Below are positions 42,904-57,195 of a stretch of 64,000 nucleotides of DNA, in pieces. The notes under the pieces are model-generated. The model did not search any database, was not told where the DNA came from, and worked only from the letters and a program-made list of their open reading frames with translations. How positions within the stretch are numbered: position 1 is the first letter of the stretch; each line of letters begins with the position of its first letter. This stretch comes from Adineta vaga. Taxonomy: Eukaryota; Animalia; Rotifera. The position numbers were made by a program, and so were the translations under genes. The DNA lies in contig CP075493.1 of NCBI GenBank assembly GCA_021613535.1, positions 13,826,001-13,890,000 on the forward strand, written 5' to 3'.

Positions 42904-43976
42904 ATGACACGCATAAGAAACTACATTATCAATATCATTCAATCATTTGAGCAATGGTTATGGTGTTTGCTTACTCCAATAGCATATATCAATTTCCTAA
43001 AATATGTGTACATCTTTTTGCGAACTTCTCGTATTATTCATAATATTACTATTCTCCTTATCTTTGTAAGTTGTTCTTTTGGTATATGGGAATTTGCCGT
43101 CAAAGACAAAATAACGCCCAAGTCAATGATTTTCGAACTCTACAATTCTTCATCTTCATGTCATACGATACGTACTTATCCACCTAAAATGAGCCAACAA
43201 CGTTGTTATCCTCTTCTAATCAATTTCGCTCATAAATGTTGTAAATATGCACAAAAGAACAACTGTTTGACTGGTTTAAAACATGGAATTCGGCAATGTT
43301 TGATGTTCAATAAACATATCTTAAATACGGATTCAATGTTTGTTGATCGTAACGAAAATATTTTGAATCACAAGAAAGGAGCTGGTTACTGGTTATGGAA
43401 ACCATTTATACTCTTTCAAGAACTTTACTTGGCACGAGATGGAGATATTATTGTATATTCCGATGCGGCAGTTAATTTTATTGCTAATATTTCTTACTTG
43501 ACAAAGCTGACAGATATACAAGATATTATTATTTTCAAACTGAATGGTCGGAAAGTAAGATATATTCTTTTTCAGTATTCTAATTATAGACACATAGAAA
43601 CTGATTTTATCTTTGACAGGAATCATCATTAACAAAACGTGATGCAATGATAATTCTCAATGTTGACAAACCAGAATATACAACAACATCAGCTAGTCTT
43701 GCTTCTTACATTGTAGTAAAGAGAAGTTTTAGTAGTCTGCGATTTGTATCCGAATGGCTAACATATTCTCAAGATAGTCGAGCGATTATGGACAATGGTA
43801 ATGTGTTAGGTTCATCGAATTATCCTGATTTTCATGCTCATCGTCATGATCAGTCTATTTTGAGTCTACTTGCCAAGAAATGGAAATTAACTATCTACCA
43901 AGATCCGAGTCAATATGGAGAAGGAACACAGCGTTCATATCCAAACATTTTCGATCATCATCGATCAAAGAATTAA
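42904..43976 (+). CDS. Type II membrane glycosyltransferase-like protein (GT-A-like)
   Basis: N-terminal TM, GAGYWLWKP, IVYSDA and HRHDQSILSL motifs; phase-0 intron 43555-43619. Confidence 0.75.
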
Positions 43977-44132
43977 CTTTTTGTTTATTCGGAATCATCA
44001 GAAACAATAACAAGTGACTATAAATACCTATATTGTTGACTTTTCTTCTTATAATACAATAAACCAACAACATATTCTATTTAGTTTCTAGTAAGAATCA
44101 AAACTCTCGGTAAATATTGTAGTACTGATTCG

Positions 44133-44184
44133 AATGGTTGGATGAGGATATTTTATGATTTAAATATGCATATTCTCACACATT
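44133..44184. repeat. Degenerate intergenic palindrome I
   Basis: aatggttggatgaggatat...atattctcacacatt, between convergent genes. Confidence 0.35.
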
Positions 44185-44280
44185 GGTGCACTGATTTACA
44201 TTTTATAAAAGCGTATTCAAAGAATTTATTTCTATTATAAAATTTTGTTGATAAAGATATGAATATATCTCTCAAGAATA

Positions 44281-46291
44281 TCATCTGATGCTCAACACTG
44301 ATGATCTACGCTTTAAGTCACTTATTGGTAATATTTGTACGTCATCTTTTCGAAAAAGTATATAGAAAATAATTGCGATAACAAATGTAACGATAGCAAT
44401 CGATGTATACATCCATACTAGCTTTGGATCAATATTTACCGGGATCAGTGCGATATTGAATACACCTCCAACTGCTGCCGTAGCGAGAAAAACTGACATG
44501 ACAATAGATTTCATTGTCGCAGGTGCTTTTGTAAATGCATAATCTTGTCCACTGATATATGTCAGCGTCTCAGAAATGGCTAAAAAGATGTGGGATGGTA
44601 ATTGCCAAGCAACATTTATATTGTTGAATGTTTGACAAGTCAAACATGGTTCAGTTTCATAGTTAAAATTAGGTTCTGCTGAATATATTAAATGTTGAAC
44701 TATGGCTGTATATCCTATCCCAAGAGCAGCAGCAAAAAATCCACAAGTAATTTGTTTTACAGAACCAAATTCGATGTTACATCGCCGTAAAGTTGGACAG
44801 ATGATTTTGTCGAAAATGGGCGCAAAAATAAGAACAAAAAGAGGAGTAATACATCCAAAAATATCGTTCGGTATGGAACCTAGATAAGTAATTGATGTAT
44901 ATAATTAGTTTCTTTTTCTCTAAACTTACCAGTATTCATTTGTGCTGCTTGCGATGTTAAATTACCACTGATTTGGTTATAACATATCCAGAAGAATGGA
45001 AAAAAAACAAACAAACGACATGCATGCAACGTTTCTTTAAAATCGTCAATAAACTGATTTCGATGCTCCATTTCCACGGTTTCTTTGGCATAATCTAGCC
45101 AATGTTTCTTATTTTGTTGTTTCCCTAACCTCCATCTGTTAGTTAAGGCTATGTAAGTCACTCGAAATACATGAACAAGCATTGATTGTGTCGGTGGTAC
45201 TCGAATGTATCGTTGACGAGTAATAAACAATACAATAAGGGATGCTGGAAAGATACCTAATGGAATTAAGTATGCTAGCCAAAATGAATGATATCTTTCA
45301 ACAATCGTTAATATGATCATTGATACTAGTGTACCCAAACTGTATGCACAACAGAGCCAATTGAAGAGAGATTGAATAGTACTATAGAAGATAAACAACG
45401 TGTTTCTGCAAGAACATACGTATATATTTACACTTACATCTTCGGATCAACTATCTTCTTTTTACCCTTGATTTCTAAAAAACACATGATTATTGTTTTA
45501 CTTCGAAAATAAATTATCATCTTTAACCATTGTGTTTGAAAGAAAGACTTCGATTCAAGGAATGATTATTTTTGAACGATACTAACAAGTACGAGTAGAA
45601 AGTGATGTTTATACTTTGAGTAACTACATGCAGTGGAACGGACAAATGTATCAGGATATTATTATCATCATCTTTCTTAAGTTTTGAGCTAGAAAAAAAT
45701 CAATTAGTTCTAACCTTTGATGACGGGTTTTGTTCTCGTGTATTGTTCGGCCATTAGCGGACCTGAAGCGGTTTTGAATCCGCCAGTCGCTATTCCCATA
45801 GTAATCATGCCACATATCAAACCAGGTAGTCCAATACCATTCTTGAGTGATGCCGGAATACTAGTAGTTACAAGTATGATAAGACCCAACACATATATGA
45901 CGCTTGCGACGACTAGTGTTCTATATCTTCCCCAGAATTGATCAGCTATGATACCTGCAGCAATTGGTGATAAAAAACAGAGTGTTGAATATGATAGAGT
46001 TAATGCTGTAGCTGTTTGTTGACCAAGATCGAGTGCACCTGCTTGTGTATTATTTAAAGTAGGTTCAGGAAATTGAATGTAGTTTTGCATTATTTGATAC
46101 GTACCTGTCGAGGCAAATCCTTCACACATTTCACAAAAAATAATTGACCAAACTGTCAACGGGATACGATCTAGAATATGTTCAAGTGTCGCAAGCTCTT
46201 CAACTGTTGGTTCCATTTCAATACCATTTGATTGATTATTAAAAGTGGTTTCAATATTCGAGTTGACATCTACTGATTGTATTTCTTTCAT
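44281..46291 (-). CDS. POT/PTR2 family oligopeptide transporter, fungal-type (4 exons)
   Basis: PTVEEL, QNYIQFP, GALDLGQQTATAL, ADQFWGRYRT, ATGGFK..PLMAEQY, IVDP, SQAAQM, IPND and AFTKAPATMKS motifs; three phase-consistent introns. Confidence 0.88.
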
Positions 46292-46490
46292 ACTAATGTT
46301 TTGACCAGTTTGCTTTTAGCCAGTTATTCTAGAATAATCGATTCGTCTAATAATATCAGTGCTTCTCGAACTTTTATTTTTTCTTCAATTAAAGAGATTG
46401 GATCTAAATGTATACACATGATATAATCTTATGTTGTTATGACAAAACAAAAATAACAAATAACAAATAACAAATAAAAAATGGTAATCA

Positions 46491-46557
46491 TTGAGGGTGT
46501 GAATGTGGGTGCTGATCTTGTCCTCATGTACGTTCACATATACAACCACACTCTCAA
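46491..46557. repeat. Telomere-like intergenic palindrome E
   Basis: ttgagggtgtg...cacactctcaa (10/11 inverted match), 67 bp. Confidence 0.75.
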
Positions 46558-47184
46558 ATTAACTACAACTGTGTTTGTAGGAATGAAGCGTTAAACAAAT
46601 TCGAACAAGTAAATGGATTCATGTAGAATTCAATTGGCAACAGCAACGATAAGAACCGATGGAAAACGTCTTCAGTTATAGATCATGCCATTGTTCGCCT
46701 CTTCATCGTAAAAGAAACATCACGAGCAACTCACTGTTTATGCTGTGTGCATGCAAAAAAAACTAATTAGATGAAATAATTCTTCTTCTTTGGCTTCTTC
46801 TCTTATGCGAGCCATATTAAAGAAGCTGAAGTACTATATAATCATTTTATTTAACAACAAAACATACAAATGATTTGAAACTGAAATGATGTTGAAACCA
46901 TGAACATGATTAACAATACTTATAAGGAAGAAAAAGAAAAGAATATTCTAGATCATGATTAGTCATATCTTAAATTTCAAATGGAGTTTACATGAGTCCG
47001 AATGAGGTAAATTGTTAGTATTCAAATCATAGTTTTAAACTAAAAGAGTTCTTTACAAGAAACCGGATAAGATTAATTCACCTTTACTTTTATGAAATAT
47101 GAAAATAAACACAATCGAAAAACTCAAAATGAAATGAAATGATCATATAGTATATATCATGTAGCTTATGTACGACTTTTTCTT

Positions 47185-48838
47185 TTAGTTTTTCCAAATA
47201 TAAAAGTATTTTTTTGTATTAAATCCATTGAAATTAGTTGATGCTGAACTTGAATAAGCGCCAACATAGTAGAACAAAAAATAATCGCCAATATTCATGA
47301 GTGGCAAATCCACAGATGGTGACAAACAATCAGATGAATCACATGTTGGTCCAAATACTGCTGAATTATACAAAGTCGTTGAGGATTGCGAACATTCAAT
47401 GCCATACATTTGCAAGCAATCGACATGATAAACAGCCTTTTCATATAGAATATTTGCAAATGAACCAAAAATGCCATCGTTTACATAGTAAAAGATTTCG
47501 GCGTTTTCAGAGAATTTGACATCTAATGCAATATTTTGGTTCGTAGTTGAACAATCTGAATAGTTCTTGTTATTCAAACGAAGACCAATAATTGATGTAA
47601 CAAGATTCATGGAAGCAGCAGCATAAAATCTTCCTGGTTCAGCTATTATCTGAATACCTGAAAGAGAAAAAATATTACTGACTATTAAAGATAAATAAAT
47701 GATAGTTCTACCTGTACTTTCAGGAAATAGTTCATCCAATGTTTGATTTATTGTTCTAGCCAATTTTGAGAAACTTGGTTTACCTTCTTCATCGACACCT
47801 GGAAATCCTCCGCCAATATCCAAGAATTTGAATGGTAGCACATGTTCCGATTTATCTGCAATATCGAAAAACCATTTAGCAAACTCCAAAGCGTGCTTGA
47901 ATGCAGTTTCATCGTAGCATCCTGTACCAACATGAAATGCGCATCCAACCACGTTTACCTTTAACTTTGCGGCCGAAGCAAGCATGCAAATAGCTACGCG
48001 TTTATTAACTCCAAATTTTGTGGAAAGAGGAATTAATGAGCTACTATCGTTTGTTTTTAAGCGAACTAAAACTTTTACATTTGGCCAATATTCTTTGATT
48101 TTGATCAGTTCATGTATGTTATCAGCAACAGTTAACTGTACATTTTGATCTTTGAAATAGTTTATATGTGAAATTGGTTTACAAGGATGAGAATAAATGA
48201 TTCGTTGAGAACAATCAATATCTGGACATATAGATAAAACAGTTCGTAATTCTTCCATCGATGCACAGTCGAATCCACCACCGATTTTCTCAATAACTCT
48301 GATTATGAAACTGTTAAAATTCGTTTTTACAGCATAGAATGTTTTCACACGCGGTAAATAATAGTTCCATTTCATATACTGCTTTGCACAATGAGACACA
48401 TCAGCAATGTAGAATGGATCATCATTGACCATTTGCTCTATAAATGACCTAATTCGAAGAGATATGTACAGATTTTCAAAAATTTCCTTTTTCCTCTAGA
48501 AGTATGCATACTATTGTATACTTTCAGTAGTCTTCAGAACTAACCCATGAATGAGATAAATCTGAGAAAAATGTCGTCATGAATTTATCTTTTACCTGGC
48601 TACAGATAGATCGGATTCGGAGGAGTCCACATAACGCGCTTGCATCTCGTTTTGAAAGAACTCTTGCAAATCATCGGAAAGCGAAAATTGATGATCAGAA
48701 GTATTATCTTGACTCGCAGCCAATATTTGTTCTTTACAAGTGGACTTGGATATTTCGCATTGATGTTGGGCATATATTAAACCAACAGCTTTTCGACTTT
48801 TAGAACAAGTGCATGAATCTATTAGTTCTAGCACCATC
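47185..48838 (-). CDS. ODC: Ornithine decarboxylase (fold III PLP enzyme)
   Basis: FYAVK (PLP Lys), GFDCAS, FHVG, LDIGGGF, AEPGRF, GPTCD, GAY and FNGF motifs. Introns 48450-48595 and 47658-47711 (the latter in frame). Confidence 0.92.
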
Positions 48839-49488
48839 TGTAAAATCAAAAAGATAATCATTTCTCACAATGGAAAGTTACTATATAAATTCAATGATTA
48901 ATAAAATTGTGAGTGAGAGCGAGAAACGTTGTTAGAGTCAAGATATCTTCACGCACAAATCTGTCTTCATATTCAAGAAGTATACATAAAGGCTAAAAAT
49001 ATTCGATCATATACTCTAACATATTTTTGTTATTGACACTCACCGCTATTTATTTACTCTGCATAGAAACGCACGTTTTATAATGAAAGAAACAAACAAA
49101 GGTCATCGAGAATATTCTAACATACAGAGGAAAAAGTACATCAAACTTTTTCTTTGTTTACACAAGCACATTATTTCATCTTTCAAGAAAGAGAACAAAT
49201 AGTAGTTACTTCAACAATCTTTTTGATTATTGATCAACATTTTTATGGTAAAACATGTATGAAAACAGTGTTGCAATATTGCTGCTGCAAGCGATACTTG
49301 ATACTCTGTCGTGCACAATTCTGAAAAAAAACTATTATAAAGCATTTTGTTATAAAAAGAATGAAACATTTATCAATATTTTAAGCTATGCAATAAAGAT
49401 CGACTTTTTGAAAGCCTCGAGAAAATTTCTTGATCATAACATATCTTCTTAGTAATTCAGTAAACTTTTTTGCTACTATAAATTAGGT

Positions 49489-49559
49489 TGGGTGTGGGTT
49501 TGGGTAAGTCGGCAGGTATAGCAATGAGTGAAGAAAACCCACTCACATCGGCACTCCCA
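49489..49559. repeat. Telomere-like intergenic palindrome F
   Basis: tgggtgtgggtttgggt...acccactcacatcggcactccca, about 71 bp. Confidence 0.7.
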
Positions 49560-50278
49560 TTTTCACATCTAATTTTGATTTTAATGATGACGAACAAAGG
49601 AAGTCCTGTATGATTCTATCTGATATCATTGGTAACAGTTTTTTGAATAATTTTTCTCACATGCCTGTGTATGTGTATTAGAGAAAAATATCTAGGATAG
49701 TGTGTTTGTCCTTTTTTCTAATGATTGCTGAGTAAATAATTATTCTAAAATATTTGAAGAGAACAACAATGAATTATTCATGTTTTGAGTATGTATGTTT
49801 AAACGCAAAAACAGTCATTATTTTTATTGTACAAAATACTTTTAAGCTAATATGTATATAATAGATATGAGATAGAAAACTGAAATAAATGCTATAGTTG
49901 TTGACTTTTGCCAACTAAAATTATATCGAAAGTTGAAAATCCATATAATCCATCGTTATTTCAATATAAACGTTAAGACAAGAAAATCTTTCTATTAGTA
50001 TTTCCTAGTTACCGTTTATTGACGTTGAAATGATGACTTTGAAACCGTTTCAATACTATGAGAGTTTCTCTCGTTCAGTGTTTAATTTTCATTGATCGAC
50101 TATTTAACAATTTTTAAATGTTTACAGAAAAAAGAAAGAAAACTTTTATGAAGTCAATGGAAAAAGGAACAACTCTGAAAAGTCAATTATTTTGAGATAT
50201 AAATATTCCTACATTGCCACTCTTTGAGTTAGTATTCGAATTAGTAGAACGCATCTCGCTATACTACTATTGCAGAAT

Positions 50279-52955
50279 ATGCAATCTCGGCGGTTTCTGT
50301 TACTTCTGTTCATGCACTTGGTATCATCCTACAGTTTTAGTTCTGATCATTGGGACAGTTTCGACGCCTATGGTGTAAAATTAGCGGCAAACGATGCTGT
50401 CATTGTACAAGCACGTAACAAAGATCAGAAATTTATTCTTCAATACGGTCCCTTCAACACGTCCAATATTTCGACACCATACGACGTTGAATATGCAGGT
50501 GTTGCTACTAATGATAAAAATTTCATCTACAATATAGTCGTACCGCATCGAACTTATGAATTTTATGATGGTAATGTATCGATAGTTTTCGTTGGCGAAA
50601 ATGATGGTACTTCACCATCACCATATCCATTCGTTGGTCATATATATGGGACCTCGTCATCCAATATTACGTATCATTTACATTTGTTTACAGCATGGGG
50701 ACATGATGAATCTTTTGTGATAGGTGTTGATCCGTATGATACATTTGCCTACGGATTTTCAAGTCAATTTGCATTCAGCTACAATCTGAAAACACACAAC
50801 GTCCAATACTTATCAAATTGGCCAATTTCAAATTTTCTGCCACGTGCAGTCGATTTAAATAGTAATCAAGTTGCTGTTGTAGCCGGTTTCGTTGGCAATA
50901 CCAACAATACTTATAAACCTTTCATCTACGTATTACAAATGAATATTAATTCCTTGAATATTGTTGATACGTGGATATATACACCAGCGAACAAATCATG
51001 GCAAGCTACAGCATTAAATCGAGATGCAGCCACTTTTACAAGAAAATATGTCATGAGCGTAGCCGTTCACGATAACACGTCTCAAGTACTCATTGGTATA
51101 CCGTGCATCAATACTGTCTTCTGGTTCTATCTGACACCAAACTTGGTATTGGTGGGAAGTCGTAGTGATGGATATCACCGTGGTTACGGTCAAAGTGTAG
51201 GATGGAATGACGAGATCGATGGCCCATCTCCTGTTTTATTGGGTAATACATACACATTTCCATTCCATTGGTCTGCTTCGATTATTTACTGGTTTTTTGC
51301 CATTGGCTTTTTTCTCTAGCGATCCTATTATGCCACTTTTCCCTACTGTTCAATATCCTCGGTGGATTGATTTTGATAAACATTTCATCACTATTATTTG
51401 CACTACATTCCATGTGGTGATTCTCGACTCTCTCGGACAGGTGTACGTGCTTTTGGCAGCTTCACCGGGCTCATATACAGATACAAGCATGGCCATCGGT
51501 AAGAATCCTGCCTTTTCGTCTCTAATTCCTTATCAAGTAGGTATGTACAAAAATTGGCTTGGCCTTGATATTTGCTATCCATGTTCAGTTGGTACAATGA
51601 GCGCATTTGAGGGAAGTATCGACTGTTTACCATACGATTGTAATACGACGGATTCATTCTGTCCCATTGGCTCGACTACCAACGATACTTATTCAGATTT
51701 AATCAAATTCGTCTCTCAAGTTACTGCCTATCCCAAATCACCTGAATTAACAGTTTTTGATGATATTCTAATTCAGAATATGTTCAGTTTTGGTGAATCA
51801 GCTCATTGTTTGAGTACTTCACCGTTGTTCTGGGTAGTAATGATGATTGGTATTGCCGCATTTATTCTTTTTACTATGGGTGTTCTCAAATTCTTTCACC
51901 GATGGGGTAAAGTTCGTCACACACTCAAACGTGTTTTTCAACAAATCGATTTGATCAAAGAAGGAGAACTGTGGATCGGTGGTCTCGCTTCTTTTGCTCT
52001 CATAGTTCTACTTGGATTTGCGTTTAGTTTCAGCAATAGTTATTTGAAACAATATCCAATCGAAACTTCACCATCATCTACATTTGCCTGCGATACGTCG
52101 CTTCGCAATGCTAAATTTCAAACCAGCATTCAGTCTCTCTCGACACTTCGCTCTGAAGAAGAACAACCCATTTTCGACATGCTTGAAGAGCAACAATTTA
52201 CTCTTGTTATTGATTTTATCAATACAAACTATCAATGTAACAGCATACATGTTACACAAACAACTCATGATAACCCGAAATCAGTAGCTTTTGATTGTAG
52301 CTATGCTCGATCTGTACTCACCATCTCTGTTATACTTGACTCTCATGTGGTAACTATCAATTACGCTTTTGAAGGTGTTCTGTCAATTGGTGGACTTCGT
52401 GTTAGTTTATATGGCGAAGAGCAGATAGTAAACGATGCAACTACTCACGCACAATATTTTCTTCGCGAACTGAACTTTAGTCAACCATATTTTGTTAACA
52501 ATCAAACGTTGGCATCAGATCCTAGCATCGAACTTAGCTTGACTCGTATCATCAACGAAACGCAACCGCTTACACCCGATGGTTCATATATTTATAGTGC
52601 GCTGTGGATTCCAACGAGTCTTACTAGTACATCGAAACTATTCCTTACTATGGAACAGTTTCTTTATTATGGTTTGTTAGAGCCGACCATCTCAATTTCT
52701 ATCAATGAAATGACTTATTTCGTCTCAAATGTTCAAGAACCTATCACAAAACAGGCCGAAGTGATCTTTCATTATCTTCTTTTTACCATCGTCTGTTTAG
52801 AATTGTTTGGCCTTGTATTTCTTCTTATGAAACTCATTTGTCTACCATTCTTCAATGTTGTACGACTCTTCATTGAGAAACGTTTCAGATTAATTCATCC
52901 ACATAAAACAGCTACTCCAGTGGAATCGTTTAAAGACGATACCAAAGAAACATAG
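50279..52955 (+). pseudogene. Secreted-ectodomain multi-TM protein with a GCC2/GCC3-like Cys repeat; frameshifted
   Basis: Signal peptide; two overlapping ORFs join if one T is removed from T6 at 51308-51313; GMYKN..CYPCSVGT..C repeat; three TM segments. Confidence 0.6.
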
Positions 52956-53373
52956 TTACACTTATGCTTAACAAGACAACCTCATAAAATCATTAAGCAT
53001 TCAATCAATCAAAAATATAAACTATTGAATAGTAGACGAAATGGAACATATCTCCTTCGGAATAGATAATAACTATTTATCATAACTTCATAATATTAAT
53101 ATCAAATATTTACACTTTTATCTTCATTTTTGCTTCTGTATTGAATAAAAACTATATTAACCAATAATCTATTGTATAAAATGACAGTCATCCTATCTGG
53201 ATTATATCGCGTGAACGCAGATATCTTTTGTTTCTCACTCTCGTCCACAGTATACGAACACTCTTGTAGCAATACATCGGTCAGGTCATCCATGCATATA
53301 GAATAACCTGTATTTGACCGCAATCGATCTCTGATGTATAGAGATTGTTTCATATTCATTTTGTTCAGAAAAA

Positions 53374-56300
53374 ATGAAGATTGATTCATCGAAAGTAAAA
53401 AAGAAGATTTTACCGAAACTAGCAAGTTCAATTCTCATTTCTATTTTTCTATAAACTTAAATTGTCTTATTGTTTAATTTCATAGTCGGCTGATTGTAAA
53501 TTATTGATTGATGAAATAAAAGCTTGTAATCGACAAGAACTTCATGAACGATTAAAATTAATTTCTATTTGGCATCTAGGAATTGTACGTCAACAGATCG
53601 AAACATTTTCGTGGCCATTTTCAGACTTTTTAGTGTGAATTAACATATTGGATTGATGTGTTAAACTTGTTTGATGCCATTCTTGAAGAGGCCTGTATTC
53701 GGACTGGTAAATGGATGTTGAATTGTGATCAACCCGAAAATGAAGAAGTTTGTTTGTTTCTTTCATTCATTAACTAAGCTATCGATGTCTTCTTTTTCAG
53801 TTAAAAAGTTTAGTTGTTGATATTCTTCGTTTTACTTCATTATTAGTGGAACATTCATTTTCACGTTATTTATACAATTCTATGGATTATTTAATTCTCT
53901 TATTACAATCATTTGATATTCAAATTCTTCTCGCTGTTCTTTCAATATTCTATGTATTCGGTAAACGTTCAATTGTAATCACAAAACTTCCTTATGAGCA
54001 AAAACAAGTTTTGATGAATCGAATTTATTTCTTAGCTGACGTAATTTGTTTTTTTGCTAAAGAATATTTTTACTTAATATTTATCTTCTCTAGACATGGA
54101 TTAAAGACGAAGAAAAAGATAATTGTAATCATTTACATTTCATATATACAAATTCATCACTCATTACAAAAGAAATCAATATTCGAAATGTTTATAATAT
54201 TGAATCAAATGCTGCTTTGATCATGGAATTAATTCTTTCTGAACATTCAACAATACTCGATGAAGAACAACAAATGAAACTATTCTCACAACTTCGTTTA
54301 ATTTATGCATTTTCATCTTCTGATCAACGTTTAATATTTCTTCAAGCACGTTTACAAGCTTTATCTATTCTCAGTAAAAATCATCTATATGAAAAGACAA
54401 ACATTATTATAACCATTGACTCTTTTTCAGTTTATTCTAGGACAAAACAAGAACAAGAAGCAGATAGGATTCTATCTCCTAGTTTAATAAAAGAACTTAT
54501 TGAAATATTAAAAACTTCCGATCTATCATTAATAGTACGTTATATTCAATTGAATTCGAAATTATATATATATATATATAAATTGTTTTCTACTAGGATA
54601 CACAAATATCAATTATAAAAACTTTTACATCAATGACACATTGTGAAAGGTACCTAAAATATCGAATTAAATTGATATTCGAATAATTATTCAATTTATT
54701 TTATCTATAGTTATTCATCACGTTCACAAAAACTAACTGAAATAATCGGATCGAATCCATCTGAGGGATTTCTATTAACGTACGCACGACAATGTTTTGA
54801 TCAATTAATAAGTAAGAATTATCGAACGAATACATTCGCATTTTCACATTCATTACTATAATTATAGATAAGATTGATCCTCAATATTCTTCATCATTAT
54901 CTATAGCCTTACTTTCATTTATATATCATTTAGCATCACATAAAGATTATGTTGATGCTTTAGTTAATTCTGGTATCGTTCAATCATTAATCAAAATTAT
55001 TAATCATCACGATCCATCTCAAGATTTCATTCCGGTAAAAGAGTAAACAAGATGAATTCAAATCATTTTCATTTTCTTTACAGTTTGTTGCACGATCTGT
55101 ACGAATTATTGAAAATATCACAGATACAAATCACATTCTATCAGAAGTTACAAATCGTTTACAAGTATGATCATTTTCATTTCTTTGAAATCATATTCTT
55201 TATCTTTTAGTTTGAAATAACAATGGATCAAAATCATCATCGTACTGCATTAATCAAATTTTTATTAAATTATTTCAAAAAATTTCTTTCTCAAATTTCG
55301 ATGATAAATATCACACGTGATTTAATGAAGAATTCCTTAATAGATTCTTTAAAACATATTATTATTCATACAAATGTTGACAGTTTACGAATATTCCATG
55401 TAATAATTGATGTTATTCAATCATATATATTTCAACAACCATATGAACTTTCATTTTTACAAGACAATGGTTTGATTGAGATCTTATTGGAGAGACTTTT
55501 TCAAACAGATCGTTTAGTTGAAAAAGATGTTTTCATATTATTTCCAAATATTTCTAGTGCATTATGTTTAAACACACGTGGTCTAGAACAATTTATGACA
55601 TATAAACCATTTGATAAACTAATTGACACTCTTTCAATAATGATTAAACGAAAATATCGAATCGACAAATTATTGAATTCAACATCAACTTTAAAGAATA
55701 TTGTCGATAAATCCAATAGAAATGAAAGAATGAAATCAATTATTATTCTACTTACTCAACTTATTCGATTAGTAGATGATGATCCAACACCAGTGGATAC
55801 ATTAGTGTCAATGTTTAATCATCCGAAATTGAACGAAAGCCAAGAATCAATAGATAAATTATTGGAATTATTTTTTATTGATATCCGAATATTTTCCATT
55901 AGATATTTTAGATTTACAAATCAATTCAATTACTCAAATGTTTCATTCGAAATTATGTTTTCAACATGAAGATGTACTACTTCGTCTTATTGATTCATTA
56001 AGCAAAAATCTTACTCAAGAAATTCAGTAAGTTTTTCAATGATTACAATTGAAAAATTCATTTCTCTTTAGACAATTTCATTCTGACATAGAAAATTCAT
56101 CGAATTTCAATTCAAAATCGTTGAATATTTCAATATCAAAAAATAGAAACCACAACAATTTTTCTTACGTTTTGTTCAATTGATCAATCAAAATGATGAA
56201 ACAATTTTGAAATATTCCTTATTTACTCATTTATGGAATGCATTAGATGATTGTTTAGGATCTCTAATTAAATTATCTGATTTAAATACAAGTTTAACAC

Positions 56301-56941
56301 TGCAATCAACCATTGAAGCTTTTTTCCTCATTTCGTCATATAACGACAACGAAAATTTTCGAAAATTTATTCAAACACATCGTACAATTATCAATGAAAT
56401 CATTCATCATAATCGAACTATTGAAAAACCATATAAAATATTATTAAATCATCCAACCATACTTGATTTTGATATAAAAAAACAATATTTTCGTTCTGAA
56501 ATCAATTATTTACACGAAAATCTCGACGAGAACAATTCCATTATTCATATTCGATCCGATCATGTATTTGAAGATTTCTTCGAACAATGCAAACAATATT
56601 CATTTCAAGATTGGAAATATGATTTGAAAGTAAAAGTTGATGATAGTGAAGAAATTTTAACAGATTGGCACTCATTGATTGTACATTCAATGTATCATGA
56701 GAAATATTTACCAATAGAGTATTGGAAATTTTTCGGATATATAATCGGTAAATGTTTGTTTGATAATAAACAGATCAATCATATATTTACACGTTCATTG
56801 TATAAATATATTCTTGATATACCGATTGATGATAATGAAATTACAAAACAAATGGATTTATTTCGTGAAGGACTTTATGAAATTATACCTGAACATCTAT
56901 TATTGATATTCAATGAACACGAACTCGAATTATTAATCTAG
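53374..56941 (+). CDS. Miniaturised HUWE1/Tom1-like protein lacking the HECT C-lobe (possibly decaying)
   Basis: MKIDSSKVKK, ADCKLLIDEIKAC, CELTYWIDVLNLFD, LLVEHSFSRYLY, QARLQALSIL, SFIYHLAS, SALCLNTRGL, LDFDIKKQYF and FNEHELELLI* match HUWE1 family segments. About 12 introns; junctions near 55850-55911 and 56140 are unresolved. Confidence 0.75.
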
Positions 56942-57195
56942 CATCTTTCGTTTTGTCCTTAGAATATTATTAACCAAGCCTTTTTTTTTGTATTCATTTT
57001 AATAGATTGTTCTAGATAATTTAGTTATATGTAGATTATGAAAACTGTGTTTTTTGTTCTCATACATTCATGCTTCTTATCTTAGCTTTGTCAGTAGTCA
57101 TATGATAAAAAAAAGATGAATATAAATATTTCGTCGTATCATTCTCAGTCATTACACTTCTTTAGCAAAACAATCAACTAATAACAGTTATAAAC

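Noticed and set aside
46451-46476. (AAATAAC)3 tandem repeat
   Set aside because: Low-complexity and expected in AT-rich DNA
48450-48861. ORF upstream of ODC as a uORF or antizyme-like frameshift element
   Set aside because: It splices in frame (intron 48450-48595) to give the normal ODC N-terminus
48907-48958. ttgtgagtga...tcacgcacaa inverted repeat upstream of ODC
   Set aside because: Shorter (52 bp) and lacks GGG runs; may be related to the palindrome family but not supportable
51291-51319. Tiny GT-AG intron rescuing the frameshift
   Set aside because: About 28 nt with a poor donor (gttttt), shorter than the other introns here
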